From Candidatus Poribacteria bacterium (GTDB lineage: Bacteria > Poribacteria > WGA-4E > UBA9662), in NCBI GenBank assembly GCA_046582655.1, contig JAYGDX010000089.1, positions 34,229 through 98,228 of the forward strand: DNA of 64,000 nt, given 5' to 3'. The translations under genes and the position numbers were made by a program. Shown here one piece after another: positions 30,025-42,532 of this stretch (position 1 is the stretch's first letter; each line of letters begins with the position of its first letter). Below the pieces are notes generated by a model. That model was not told the origin of the DNA and searched no databases. It saw nothing but the letters and a program-made list of their open reading frames with translations.

Positions 30025-33000
30025 TTAGGCATTCCTAACGATAACAGTTTTCGTTTCAACCATAATTAGGTATACATTACTCACCACGAGAATGCCCTTG
30101 TTATCTCGACCATCCCACCAAAAAACATGATTTCCGCTAAAGAGATTTTTCCCTTCAAAGCTGCGTCGCAAGCGGCCAGCAATATTGTAAATCCCAATTG
30201 TTACGTCGCCGGGTTCATTTAATCGGAAAGAGATTGCTGTTTCTTCGCCTCGATTAGGCGAAAACAGCCGTGGTTGTGAGTTCAATCCGGCTATGGAATT
30301 TTCAGCGTATTCATCAGTGGAATTTGCCAATTACAAGACTGCATATTGACCGAGTTTTGTGATAGTTGTCGATATGGTCCGCTCTTGGTGATTCAGTGTT
30401 CCACCGATTAATCTCCAGGAACTTGAAAGTGATCCATCATCACGGTTATTCTATCTACAAACACCAATTTTCTCGTTTTTACCGTCGACCATAAATTCAA
30501 TTGCTGCCAGCTTGCGTGGGTTAAGTTTGAGATCCCATGGTGCAAACTCATAACCATGAGTCGTAGGATTAATAGTTACGATGGTTTGTTCGGTCAAGCA
30601 GTGCGGTGGAAAAATAATCCTTGCTCGACCATCTAAGCTCTCGACACGCTCAATACGCTGATTATCGACATAATTGTTAAAGGACACCTGAATTTGGTGA
30701 TTACTGGTTTGATCTGCCCGATCTTCTACAGTTAAACGAAGTGTATATTCACCAATGAGATTTGGGGAATTCCATTCTGCCAGGGTTCCCTCTACCACTG
30801 CTTCAAGAAATCCTATTTTTGAGATCGAATACCAAAGAACGGGTGACTTACCGGTTCCATACTCAATGATGTACCTTTTAAAATTAGGGTCGTATGCAGA
30901 TCCAGTAATGCTGATATTTCGTGGAACCTGTTGCCCGGAGCTCGGAGAGGTAATACTCGCTTTTGGTGGTGTGCCATCAACAATGATCCTAACCTGATCT
31001 TGTGAAAATTGGCCAGATTTGTCGAATACTGTAAGCCGAATTTCGTACGTCCCGTCATTCAGTGAGGACAATTTCCAATTGGCCAAGAGCCCTCTTCTTT
31101 TAGTTCATTCGGTCGAGTAACGGCGATCGGGTGCCACTGACTTGTTGAGCCTATAGAGCGAAAGTCAAGCATGTACCGATCGAAGTTCTCATCTGCAGCG
31201 ATTCCGTAAATTTGTACCGAACGGTTAGCATATGTATTAGACTCTGGCCTAGTCAAGGTCGCAATAGCTCTCTTATCATCGAGAACTATTTCAATAGGCG
31301 GTATTGTCTGAGTAAAATTACCTGCTTGATCAACAGCAATTACATGTATCTGGTATCGACCAGCTATAAGCTGAACGGCATTCCAATACCCTAACTTACC
31401 GGAGACAATCGGCACGGAAGATCTTGAGATCTCAATCCACGCGTCATCAGGACCTAAGTGTTCGAGAACATAGTTGTCGAAATTTGGGTCATTTATTGTT
31501 CCGATGATTGGGATGATATCAGTTCGTAAAACATCACCTGTTTTAGGAGAATCAATAACAACCGTCGGAGCAGCATTATCCAATGGAATTTCAATTTCGC
31601 TTTTAGATCTATATTCGTTATGATCGATCGCGGTCAATCGTACAAGATACTTACCATCATCGATTTCAGAGGTATTCCAGCGGAAGATCTCTTCGTTGTT
31701 GAATTGGAGTTGAGACTGGTAAATCAACTGCCAATCTATGTTTCCTATCGCCGGACGAAATTCAACGGAAGCACTCTTCAACCCTTTTTCCTGATTTGAA
31801 CGCATTTTCGCTGTACCATAGATTGCGATCTCACCACGAACAGGTCGATCTATATCGCGCAGTTGTACAATCGGAAGTGCTGAATCATTTTTTAACCTAA
31901 TTGAGATTGCCTGCGATATTCCTATATTTCCAGCCTGATCTATAGCTTTGACACGTTAAAGAAAAATAACCATCAATCTGTGAGGTATCCAATTCAAACG
32001 CTGGGCAACAGCCAACGAGCTGTCAATTGAAAATTCCCCAACTGTTTGCTATTCTTTTCTAATACGCCCATATTCTAATACATAATGTGTAAGATGTTTG
32101 TCCTCTAACGAAACCTCAACTTCAACGCTACCAGATATGACAGCTCCTTGCAAAGGTCGAATTATTTCCACCTCGGGTTCGGTGTTATCAACTTCAATGG
32201 CCAAGATCATTTCACTTTTGTGTTGGCGGTCATAGGAACCATTTATTTGGTCAAATGAAACAAGTTGTATCTGGTATCGACCATCATTGACGGCAAAGGT
32301 ATTCCATCTATACAGTAAATTATTCTCAACGCTATCTTTTCTGCCAAAAACAATATCAGTATCATGCATGAATGCGGATCTCATAATGGGAAAAATCTGT
32401 TGAGTCATTTGATGTTCCCTTGATATCGAAAACACCGTTAATCACTTGATGCCGACTAGGTTGTGATATTTGTGAAATCGGAATTAATGAATCAACGACA
32501 AAATCAGATTTAGCTCCAATCTGATCGATGTTTCCTTCCTGATCTATGGCTTGGACAACAAACCAATGTTGTCCTTCCGCAAGCCTCACTAAAAAGCTCG
32601 ATTGTCAAAACCGTTGTCGTCCGTCAACTTAAAATTACTGTTGTTAATTTGAAACTGGTAGCGAAAATTTGAACTACTGGCATCATCCACCACCTTCAAA
32701 TTTAAAGCTTACACTTGTTTCACCAACAATCTCGCCATTCATTGGTCCACTGATAATGCGTGTAGTTGGCGATATGGCCTCCTGCTTGAATCGGCTCAAA
32801 TTCCCATCATCAAAGCTGCCGAACCAAAAACTCCCATCCAGTGATGCTGTAATGGCAGAGATGTTATTGCTATTAAGCCCGTCACTAACTGTCAGTGTTC
32901 GAAAAAATCGTCCATTTTGAAAGATACTTACGCCATCGTTTGTACCGACCCAAACCCGATTTTCCTCGTCAACATATAATGTCTGAACATGATTATCAAT

Positions 33001-34056
33001 TAAGCCGTTGGCTATGGTGAGTCGGAGCTTTGGTGTTTTTTGCCTTGATTCCAAAATATGAATTCCATTGTCTGAACCAACCCAGATGTCTCCATCCCTT
33101 GTATTAATTATGGTTGAAATTCGTCCCATTTTTTGACCAGATATTTCCTCTAATTCTCCTGTGTCCTGATTATAAATCCAGAGATGACTGGCTACAGTTT
33201 CATTACCGGCCGTCGCCAAGTAAATCCAACCTGAAGGATCAGCAAATAGTCGGGTGATCGTACGGTTAATCGCCTTGAAAATGTTAGCCTGCTGGTGAAA
33301 AATTGTGCCATCGTATCGAATCAGGTCAGGCAAAAAACCAATTGGATCATCCGGTAGTAGAACTCCAGTGCTGATCCAGATGTTGCCATCACCATCCTGC
33401 CCAATAGTCTGAGGCTATTGGGCAACCCATCGTTCAAGCCGAACGTGAGATGATTCGTACCGTTAAAATGACTTAAGAAGTTGGGGGTTGTATTATGTAT
33501 CAACCAGAGATCAGAATCCCCATCCTCGTAGATGATATGTGTTTCCTTGTTTAAAGCTATTTGCCATGATTGCCCATCAAATCGGTTGACACCGAATGAT
33601 GTCCCAACCCATATCTCACCATTTTTGCGTTGAATCATAGTATGTATTCTGTTAGCCAGTAGTCCGTTTTCTGTTGTGTAGTGATCAATCCAGTCGATCT
33701 GACTTAGATCTAGAACACCTTGGTGAATCCCTGTATCTGTCGCAATCCAGATCTCATTTTTATCTACGAAAAGGAGATAAGTAGCTGTATCCGAAACGGA
33801 AACTGTCGACCAGAATCCGTTAAAAAAATTTAGGCTATGGTCTGTGACAGTCCAAATCCTCCCAAATTGATCTTCAGCAACTAAGCGAATGTTGTTACTG
33901 CTTATATTGTTGCCAGCCTGTGTAAAGTTTCGGAAATTGAAATTTTGTTGTGAATTGATGGACTGGCACACAATAAGCAATAGAAACACAAATGAAATGG
34001 GTATATATACATTTCAAACTTTTCCGCTTCTGATCGTTAGGATAAGTTTGCTTCAT
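30025..34056 (-). pseudogene. Fragmented large secreted protein: two-component-regulator propeller, Ig-like repeats and FlgD-like C-terminal domain
   Basis: Seven consecutive frameshifted minus-strand ORFs: NGLLANRIHTM/IWVGT propeller repeats, WNT..DGxY.I.L.A.D Ig repeats, FSPNRGE..IYNIAGR..WWDGRD tail. The 5' boundary is approximate. Confidence 0.8.
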
Positions 34057-34098
34057 TTGATGAAATCTTGTACCATTTGTCAGTGGAGGTTTATAAAC

Positions 34099-35082
34099 AT
34101 GATACCCAAAATTTTAGTGAGTATATTTGTGGCTTTTATAATAGCCACTCTAGACATCAGAACTGAGGAAGATAGAATGAAAAATTTGAAAATTGGGATG
34201 GTTGCACCAGACTTCACTCTGATGGGAGATGACGGACAAAAGCATAAAATATCTCAGCACCTCGGCAAGAAAAACGTTGTTCTGGCTTTTTATCCTAAAG
34301 ATTTTACTGGTGGCTGAACGGCTGAACTTCGATCGCTCCGTGACGAGTTAAGTAGAATTGAGGCTACCGGGACCGTTGTTTACGGTATCAGCACAGATGA
34401 TCAGGAATCACATAAAAAGTTTAGCCAAGCTGAAGAGTTTGGGTTCTCGCTTTTGGCTGATGTAGATCATGCTGTTAGTCAACAGTATAGCGGATTGCGA
34501 GGTCAGTCTCTATCCAACCGTGTTACTTTTGTCATCGATCATGCTGGTTATATTCGTGTTATTGACAAAGAAGTTGATGTGCAAAATCACGGTTCCGATT
34601 TGGTGAAGATAATTGAGGGTACAACCCAGTACCAGATAAAAGTTGGACAACCCGCACCAGATTTTATTGCACACGATCAAGACGGCAAAACGCATCAAAT
34701 TAGTAATCTCAAAGGCAAGAAGAACGTAATCCTTGCGTTTTATCCGGCAGACATGACACCTGGCTGAACGATGGAAGTCTGTTCACTCCGGGATGAGTTG
34801 AATAATTTTGAAACTCTTGAAGTTGCCGTTTATGGTGTTAGTGTACAAAATCAAAAATCACATAAGAAATTTGCTGATAAACACAGTCTCGGATTTCCTC
34901 TGCTGGTTGATACAGGTCGTAACATCAGTTTGCTTTACCATGCAATATCAAAACCGGAAGGCAATTGCAAGCGAATCACGATTTTGATTGGGAAAAACGG
35001 TGACATTGTTCAAATTGATGACAAGGTTAGTGTTCGAAAACATGGCAGAGACCTAATTGATTTTATCAAATCTCTAAATTAA
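34099..35082 (+). CDS. Probable selenoprotein: tandem two-domain BCP/PrxQ-type peroxiredoxin with two Sec codons
   Basis: GGAGGT RBS before ATG 34099. One frame through TGA 34315-34317 ([13 protein letters not shown]) and TGA 34765-34767 ([15 protein letters not shown]), both at the PxxxTxxC peroxidatic position. Catalytic Arg present in both domains. Confidence 0.88.
34780..34804 (+). promoter_or_regulatory. Candidate SECIS element for the second UGA
   Basis: TGTTCA-CTC[cgggat]GAG-t-TGAATA stem-loop starting 12 nt after the TGA. Confidence 0.5.
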
Positions 35083-35087
35083 GTGGA

Positions 35088-35681
35088 TCAACTATTTTCA
35101 AAATGGACAAAATCAATTAGAAAGACCGCGCCTAAAAGCACGCTTTTTTGATTAGGATCTGCATCCGGCGGAAATGTGATGCCGAAATTGTCGGAGTCAG
35201 TGAAGGTTTCTTTCAAAAGCCCGCTCCACTTTTTGGTAATGTGCCCAATCTCTCTTTCATCTCGGTAGATATTGAAAGTCCACGGATGAAGCAGAGGGCC
35301 AAAGAGCTGATATATTTCCTGTCCTGATGAATCTTTTACAGAGTATATTCGACGCAAAATTGAAAATTGCCTTTTAACTGTTCCGACTAACTTTCCTTGA
35401 TTATCGAAGATCTCAGCAACATGAAAATAAAATCGGAATGGTCGGTACAGTGAAAGAACACTTTCGCCTTGCATGTCCAAAATACGCATCCTGAAAGGCC
35501 GCAGTGCCTTCAAAAACCACCTCAGGAGAAAAAAGCCACCCTCTTCTGCGGCCAGGAATAGCTCTTCTCCGGATGAACTCATAACCACATAACGGTTTTT
35601 AGTTTCGAAGTTGGTAATAATTTCTCCCCATTCTTTCTTTTGCTGGATAGCGAGTGCGTTGAGCGATTCAAGCCTCTCCAT
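35088..35681 (-). CDS. Phospholipid scramblase/LURP-one-related protein
   Basis: FETKNRY, LRPF, L.RPFR, ITKKWSGLLKETFTDSDNFGITFP, LLGAVFLIDF. Confidence 0.85.
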   Translation of the reverse strand: MERLESLNALAIQQKKEWGEIITNFETKNRYVVMSSSGEELFLAAEEGGFFLLRWFLKALRPFRMRILDMQGESVLSLYRPFRFYFHVAEIFDNQGKLVGTVKRQFSILRRIYSVKDSSGQEIYQLFGPLLHPWTFNIYRDEREIGHITKKWSGLLKETFTDSDNFGITFPPDADPNQKSVLLGAVFLIDFVHFENS

Positions 35682-35733
35682 AAATAACCTCCGATTGACT
35701 CGATTTAGGTAATGCTTTATTTAAGTGCCATTC

Positions 35734-36882
<1,149 letters not shown>

Positions 36883-36886
36883 TCAC

Positions 36887-37477
36887 TCAAAGTGTTAACA
36901 ATTTTTTTAACTGTGCTGCAGATTGGTTGGCGGGATCCGATTTCAGGACAGTTCGAATGGTAGAACTGGCTTGCGTTTTTTTGCCAAGGTGATAATAACA
37001 AAGTGCCTTCAGAATATAGATATCAGCAATCGAATCGTAATCATGACGAAAAAAGTAGTCTCGGTCAGCAGCCAGTGCGTTATCGATAGCTCGAATTGCT
37101 GTCTCAAAATCGGCAAGCTTTTGACGCCGAAGGAAAAGAGCATTGGCAAGTCCTATCCAAGCATCCGCATTTTGGGTGTCGGTAAGAATTGCATCCTGAA
37201 ATGATCTCTGTGCCTTGGAAATTATCTGCGAATTAGCACTGGGTATCTGCGACATGCTGAGATGTGTCCATCCCAAGCCATTATGCGCATCAGCCAGACT
37301 GGGATCGAGACTAACTGCCCGTTCAAATGCCAAGAGTGCTTGCGAAAAATCGTTTTGATTGTATTCAATCCAGCCGTCCTCCTGATTTTTGAAAGACAGG
37401 TCAGAATCAAAATCGCGATCCGTTCCACAACTTAAAAGGAGGCTTAGACAGACCAAAGTAATTGCAAATTTGTGCAT
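36887..37477 (-). CDS. TPR-repeat lipoprotein
   Basis: Lipobox LLSC; ADAHNGLGW and ADAWIGLA TPR motifs. Confidence 0.8.
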   Translation of the reverse strand: MHKFAITLVCLSLLLSCGTDRDFDSDLSFKNQEDGWIEYNQNDFSQALLAFERAVSLDPSLADAHNGLGWTHLSMSQIPSANSQIISKAQRSFQDAILTDTQNADAWIGLANALFLRRQKLADFETAIRAIDNALAADRDYFFRHDYDSIADIYILKALCYYHLGKKTQASSTIRTVLKSDPANQSAAQLKKLLTL

Positions 37478-37501
37478 GATAGAAACTCTGAATTTATCTT
37501 A

Positions 37502-37535
37502 ATATTCATGGTTATTTTATATTCATGGTTATTTT
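37502..37535. repeat. Perfect 17-bp tandem duplication in a divergent promoter region
   Basis: ATATTCATGGTTATTTT x2. Confidence 0.85.
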
Positions 37536-37662
37536 TTAATTCTATCAGAGTCACGAATGATTTGCAAAAGGGTTTTCCCTTTAAGTTTAACTATGGATTG
37601 TAATATAATAGACTATGTGTTTGTGCTCTATATAAACCATAGAAGTTCAAGGTTAAAACCTG

Positions 37663-38448
37663 ATGAAACTGAGTTCCGAAGAACTTGAACATCAAGAACT
37701 GAAACCTGAAACGCTTGATCTGGCAATTCAGCAAGTAAGAGTAAACGGTTACGTTGTTTTCGAGTCAGTTCTTGATGAAAACCTTGTTGATACGCTTCGT
37801 TTCCACTTTATGGAACTTCTAAATGAATATGTGGCTAAAACCGATTCTAATCGCGGTAAAAACCGTTATCAGATGCATCTTCCTTTCGATAAGCCATTTA
37901 TTAATCCACAAGTTATTACCAACCCAATTGCCTTGTCGGTGACTGACGCTATTATTGGATCTGATTGTATCTGTCACTATCTGGCTTCTGACACACCGCT
38001 GCCCAAATCAGAATACCAGCACGTGCACTCCGACATCCATCGACTCTTTCCAAACGGAGAAACCACTCCACCATATAGCATTTCCATGAATATTCCGCTT
38101 GTGGACTTCAATCAGGAGAACGGTGCCATGGAAGTTTGGCCAGGAGGCACGCATTTGATGCCGACCGGCATTAATATGAGTCAATTATCAAAAACAATGC
38201 ATTCCGAGTTAGTCCTAATGCCAGTCGGATCTTTGCTAATTCGTGATATGCGGATGTGGCACCGTGGAACGCCGAATCGGTCTGATGCTGCCCGTCCAAA
38301 CATGGCGTTTATTTTTTCTCGTTATTGGTTCAAGACATCTTATCCGCCAATTGAAATCTCTCAGGAAACTTACGATTCGCTTTCAGATCGTGCTAAGCAG
38401 CTTTTCCGGCATGAACAGATTGGTAATGGATCGGATCCGCGTTTCTAA
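37663..38448 (+). CDS. Phytanoyl-CoA dioxygenase (PhyH) family Fe(II)/2OG oxygenase
   Basis: QHVHSD, ENGAMEVWPGGTH, MWHRGTPN...R. Confidence 0.88.
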   Translation: MKLSSEELEHQELKPETLDLAIQQVRVNGYVVFESVLDENLVDTLRFHFMELLNEYVAKTDSNRGKNRYQMHLPFDKPFINPQVITNPIALSVTDAIIGSDCICHYLASDTPLPKSEYQHVHSDIHRLFPNGETTPPYSISMNIPLVDFNQENGAMEVWPGGTHLMPTGINMSQLSKTMHSELVLMPVGSLLIRDMRMWHRGTPNRSDAARPNMAFIFSRYWFKTSYPPIEISQETYDSLSDRAKQLFRHEQIGNGSDPRF

Positions 38449-38498
38449 AAGTAATTTATTATTGCCTAAATGAAGATCGCCTGAGCTGTGTAAATCCA

Positions 38499-39761
38499 AT
38501 GAAAATTATGCTGACAACTTGGGGGACTACTGGTGATGTTCGGCCTTTTCTGGCTTTGGCCAAGAGTTTAAAAGTTTCCGGTCATCAAGTTCAAGTTTGT
38601 ACTTCAAGCGTTTACAGCCAGCAGTTTGAGAAAATTGGCGTTGAATTTTGTCCGGTTGGCATGCCATTCGAGCAAGACCAATTCAATCAGATCATGGACA
38701 GGATCATCAATATCCGGAATCCGCTCAAATCTGCTCTGGTGATTGCCAAAGAAGGAATTCTCAACCAGGCTAAACGGTGGTATAATGACTGTCTTGAAGC
38801 CATGACAGATTGCGACATAGTAGTCTGTCACTCGGCTGATATGCCAGGACAGGAAGCGGCTATTAAAAAGAATCTACCTTGGATGACAGTCAGCTACTGT
38901 CCCGGATTCATCAAGTCTCTGTGTACTTCTCCTTCACCGGCACCAAATTTGGGAAGGTATAGCAATTACCTACTGTGGAAGATAGTCGAATTGATGATGC
39001 GTTATCAGGCAGATCCGCTGTTTAACGCATTTTTTGACTCTATCGGTGGAAACAAAAGGAGTTTGATCGGAATTGAAGGCATGTATTCACCCCATCTGAA
39101 CTTAGTGGCTTCATCGTCTTACATTACTAAACCGCCGTCGGATCTGCCATCTTATCATAAATTTACTGGAGCTTGGTTTTTAGAAGAACCGGATTATGAA
39201 CTTCCGTTAAACTTACGGAAGTTCTTAGACCAAGGTACTTCACCAATTATTGTTTCCTTCGGCTCTATGGGAGGGACCAAAGGGCTGGAGACAACCCGGA
39301 CTATCGTTGATGCTATTCAGCTGACCGATCAAAGAGCAATAATCCAGGAAGGTTGGGGAAAGTTAGGCAGCGAGTCATGCGGATGGGATGATAACATTTT
39401 TTCCGTCGGTCATGTCCCGCACGATTTTCTGTTTCGGCAGGGAATATGCGTGATTCATCACGGTGGTGCTGGTACTACCCACGCAGCTTGTCGTGCTGGT
39501 GTCCCGTCTATTGTAATACCGCACTTAGCTGATCAGCCATATTGGGGAAGCAGGCTACAAAAACTTGGCGTTGCTCCTAAGATTCTCCATCGGAAACAGA
39601 TGACTGCTAAGAGTTTAACAAATCGAATCCTCCAAGTCATTAACTCCGAATCGATGGCGATCAAAGCCAAAGAACTTGGACAGAAGATTGAGACTGAAGA
39701 CGGTTTAGGTAAAGCTGTAGAACTTGTTGAAACCTTTGGGTACAATTTTCAGAATAATTAA
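38499..39761 (+). CDS. GT1 glycosyltransferase (sterol/glycopeptide glucosyltransferase-like)
   Basis: GTTGDVRPFLALA, SFGSM, VPHDFLF, HHGGAGTT, ADQPYWG. Confidence 0.88.
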   Translation: MKIMLTTWGTTGDVRPFLALAKSLKVSGHQVQVCTSSVYSQQFEKIGVEFCPVGMPFEQDQFNQIMDRIINIRNPLKSALVIAKEGILNQAKRWYNDCLEAMTDCDIVVCHSADMPGQEAAIKKNLPWMTVSYCPGFIKSLCTSPSPAPNLGRYSNYLLWKIVELMMRYQADPLFNAFFDSIGGNKRSLIGIEGMYSPHLNLVASSSYITKPPSDLPSYHKFTGAWFLEEPDYELPLNLRKFLDQGTSPIIVSFGSMGGTKGLETTRTIVDAIQLTDQRAIIQEGWGKLGSESCGWDDNIFSVGHVPHDFLFRQGICVIHHGGAGTTHAACRAGVPSIVIPHLADQPYWGSRLQKLGVAPKILHRKQMTAKSLTNRILQVINSESMAIKAKELGQKIETEDGLGKAVELVETFGYNFQNN

Positions 39762-39791
39762 CAAAATCTTATAAAGTGCAGGAGAAATTTT

Positions 39792-40694
39792 ATGATTACG
39801 GAAGTTAACCCCTCACAGACAAAAATCGGTTGGGTTGGTACAGGTGTCATGGGACGTTGGATGTGTCAACATGTGATGGATCTTGGTTATACAGCCATGA
39901 TATTTACACGTACCAAATCCAAAGCTGATCCTCTGCTGAAAGCAGGCGCAACCTGGGCTGATTCACCAGCTGAGGTAGCAGAAAACTCAGATATTATCTT
40001 CACCATTGTTGGTTTCCCAGAAGATGTACGCCATGTATATTTAGGTGAAAATGGTATTTTAACGACAGCAAAATCGGGAAGTATTATTGTTGACATGACG
40101 ACAACCGAGCCATCACTGGCTATCGAGGTCTACCAGACAGCGCAGGCTCAAGGTATTTCGTCAATCGACGCTCCGGTTTCAGGCGGTGATGTTGGAGCTC
40201 GTGAGGCGCGTTTGGCAATCATGATTGGTGGTGACCAAAAGGCTGTTGACGCCATTCATCCTCTCTTTGAAGCCATGGGCCAAAATATTGTCTATCAAGG
40301 GAAAGCAGGATCCGGTCAGCATACTAAAATGTGTAATCAAATTACCATTTCCGGCACCATGATAGGTGTCTGTGAAGCATTACTTTACGGTGCGAAAGCT
40401 GGGCTTGATCTTGAAATTATGTTGTCAACAATCAGCAAAGGTGCGGCCGCTTGCTGGTCACTAGACAATCTTGCTCCGCGCGTTTTAAAACGTAACTTTG
40501 ATCCTGGTTTTTTTGTTGAACATTTTATCAAGGATATGGGGATTGCATTGGATGAAGCCAAACGTATGGGTATTAGCCTTCCCGGGCTTTCGCTTGTACA
40601 TCAACTTTATCTGGCTACCCAAGCACAAGGTCATGGTCGTCTCGGTACGCATGCCTTGATGCTGGCACTTGAACAATTATCAAGTGTAAGCTAA
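39792..40694 (+). CDS. Beta-hydroxyacid dehydrogenase (HIBADH/tartronate semialdehyde reductase family)
   Basis: GWVGTGVMG, DAPVSGGD, GQHTKMCNQ, HFIKDMGIA. Confidence 0.9.
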   Translation: MITEVNPSQTKIGWVGTGVMGRWMCQHVMDLGYTAMIFTRTKSKADPLLKAGATWADSPAEVAENSDIIFTIVGFPEDVRHVYLGENGILTTAKSGSIIVDMTTTEPSLAIEVYQTAQAQGISSIDAPVSGGDVGAREARLAIMIGGDQKAVDAIHPLFEAMGQNIVYQGKAGSGQHTKMCNQITISGTMIGVCEALLYGAKAGLDLEIMLSTISKGAAACWSLDNLAPRVLKRNFDPGFFVEHFIKDMGIALDEAKRMGISLPGLSLVHQLYLATQAQGHGRLGTHALMLALEQLSSVS

Positions 40695-42523
40695 TGTTCG
40701 GTAAGATGGCATCCCAGAAGATTAGAGATAATCTGACAAAATTCCCGATTGATCCCGGCATCTACATGATGAAGAGTAAGTCGGGTAAGATCCTGTATAT
40801 TGGAAAGGCAAAGTCGATTCGGCATCGTGTTCGGTCCTACTTTCTACCGTCGGCTAAGCCTCATGGTAAGACAGAGGGCATGCTGCGGCACGTTGAAGAT
40901 GTGGAGTATATTGTCACCGCAAACGTTATTGAAGCACTGGTTCTTGAAAACAATCTGATCAAGAAACATCTGCCACGTTACAACATCAAGCTGAAAGATA
41001 ACGGACATTATCCATATCTTAAAATTACTGTTGGTGAACCGTTTCCTTCATTGCAGGTTGTGCGAAGCGTTGAAAAAGATGGCGCAAAATATTTTGGTCC
41101 GTACATAAAACCACGTGCCATGCGCCAGACAATCAAACTGTTAACGAAAGTTTTCCCCATTCGCACATGTGAACTCCAACTTGATAAAACAGGAAACAAA
41201 CACCGACCATGCCTTGATTATCACATTAAGTGTTGTGATGCTCCATGTGCGGATTATATCGATATTTCCGCTTATAAGACCACCGTCAAGAACGTGGTTC
41301 GATTTCTAAGCGGAGATATTGATCAAGTTATTGCTGATATTCGTGTCAAGATGGAGTTAGCCGTGGAAAAACTCGACTTTGAATTGGCGGCTAAATACCG
41401 GGATCAGATTAGCATGGTCGAAGATGCGGTAGCTAAACAGAACATTGATACACCATCGGCTGTAGATGAAGATGTAATCGGTATTGCTTATCGTGACAGC
41501 AAAGCATGTGTTCAGGTAATGATGGTTCGTGACGGAAAATTACTTGACCGTGAACACTATTTCTTAACCAATGTTGAGTCAGACCTCAAAATCGAAGCGT
41601 TGACGGCATTCATTCAGCAATATTACGAAAACACCTCTTTTGTACCCAAAACTATTCTCCTTCCGAATTCTATCGAGATACCAAATACAATCGAAAATTG
41701 GTTGTCTAAAAAACGTGGTAATCGAATCACTATTCATATCCCACAGCGTGGTCGAAAATATCAACTTGTTGAGATGGCAATCAAAAACGCACAGTTGATC
41801 CTTGAACAGAAAAACTTTAACTTGACTGTTGTCAACGGAGAGAATCCAGCCTTGCTCAATCTCCAACAGTTGCTTGATCTACCACGTCCACCCCAACGCA
41901 TTGAAGGATTCGATATCTCCAATCTTGGTGAGTGTTTTACCGTTGCCTCAATGGTTGTAATGGAAGATGGCGAGCCGGAAAAGTCAGAGTATCGTCGTTT
42001 CAAGATTCGGGGTGTTGACGGCCAAAATGATTATGCGGCAATGCAAGAAGTAATCACTCGGAGGTTTCGGCAAGGAGCAACAGAAAACCATTTTCCGGAT
42101 TTGATTTTAATTGATGGAGGAAAAGGCCAATTGAATTCTGCTTATCGAATACTAAAACAGCTTGAGCTGGCAAATCTTCCCATCATCGGATTGGCCAAAC
42201 GGTTTGAACGTATTTTCCTACCTGAACAGAAAAATCCGATTGTTCTATCTAAAGATAATCCAACGCTCCACCTCATCCAACGCATACGTGATGAAGCACA
42301 CCGTTTTGCTCTCCACTACCATCGAAAACTGCGTAGCCACAATTTGACACATTCTGTTTTGGACGATATCCCGCTTGTTGGACAGAAACGAAAAAAGGTT
42401 TTACTACAGCATTTCAGGTCGATTGATGAGATTCGTAACGCAACCATAGAAAAACTTCTTGCTGTCGAAACGATCAACCGTCAAGTTGCTGAAAACATTC
42501 ATAAACATCTGAGCTTTCTGTGA
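40694..42523 (+). CDS. uvrC: Excinuclease ABC subunit C
   Basis: GIY..YIGKAK, RIEGFDISN, LIDGGKGQL, RDEAHRFA, HhH. Confidence 0.96.
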   Translation: MFGKMASQKIRDNLTKFPIDPGIYMMKSKSGKILYIGKAKSIRHRVRSYFLPSAKPHGKTEGMLRHVEDVEYIVTANVIEALVLENNLIKKHLPRYNIKLKDNGHYPYLKITVGEPFPSLQVVRSVEKDGAKYFGPYIKPRAMRQTIKLLTKVFPIRTCELQLDKTGNKHRPCLDYHIKCCDAPCADYIDISAYKTTVKNVVRFLSGDIDQVIADIRVKMELAVEKLDFELAAKYRDQISMVEDAVAKQNIDTPSAVDEDVIGIAYRDSKACVQVMMVRDGKLLDREHYFLTNVESDLKIEALTAFIQQYYENTSFVPKTILLPNSIEIPNTIENWLSKKRGNRITIHIPQRGRKYQLVEMAIKNAQLILEQKNFNLTVVNGENPALLNLQQLLDLPRPPQRIEGFDISNLGECFTVASMVVMEDGEPEKSEYRRFKIRGVDGQNDYAAMQEVITRRFRQGATENHFPDLILIDGGKGQLNSAYRILKQLELANLPIIGLAKRFERIFLPEQKNPIVLSKDNPTLHLIQRIRDEAHRFALHYHRKLRSHNLTHSVLDDIPLVGQKRKKVLLQHFRSIDEIRNATIEKLLAVETINRQVAENIHKHLSFL

Positions 42524-42532
42524 AAGTATCCA

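Noticed and set aside
33889..34098. ORF-track N-terminal extension of the peroxiredoxin
   Set aside because: Overlaps the opposite-strand pseudogene; the RBS supports ATG 34099
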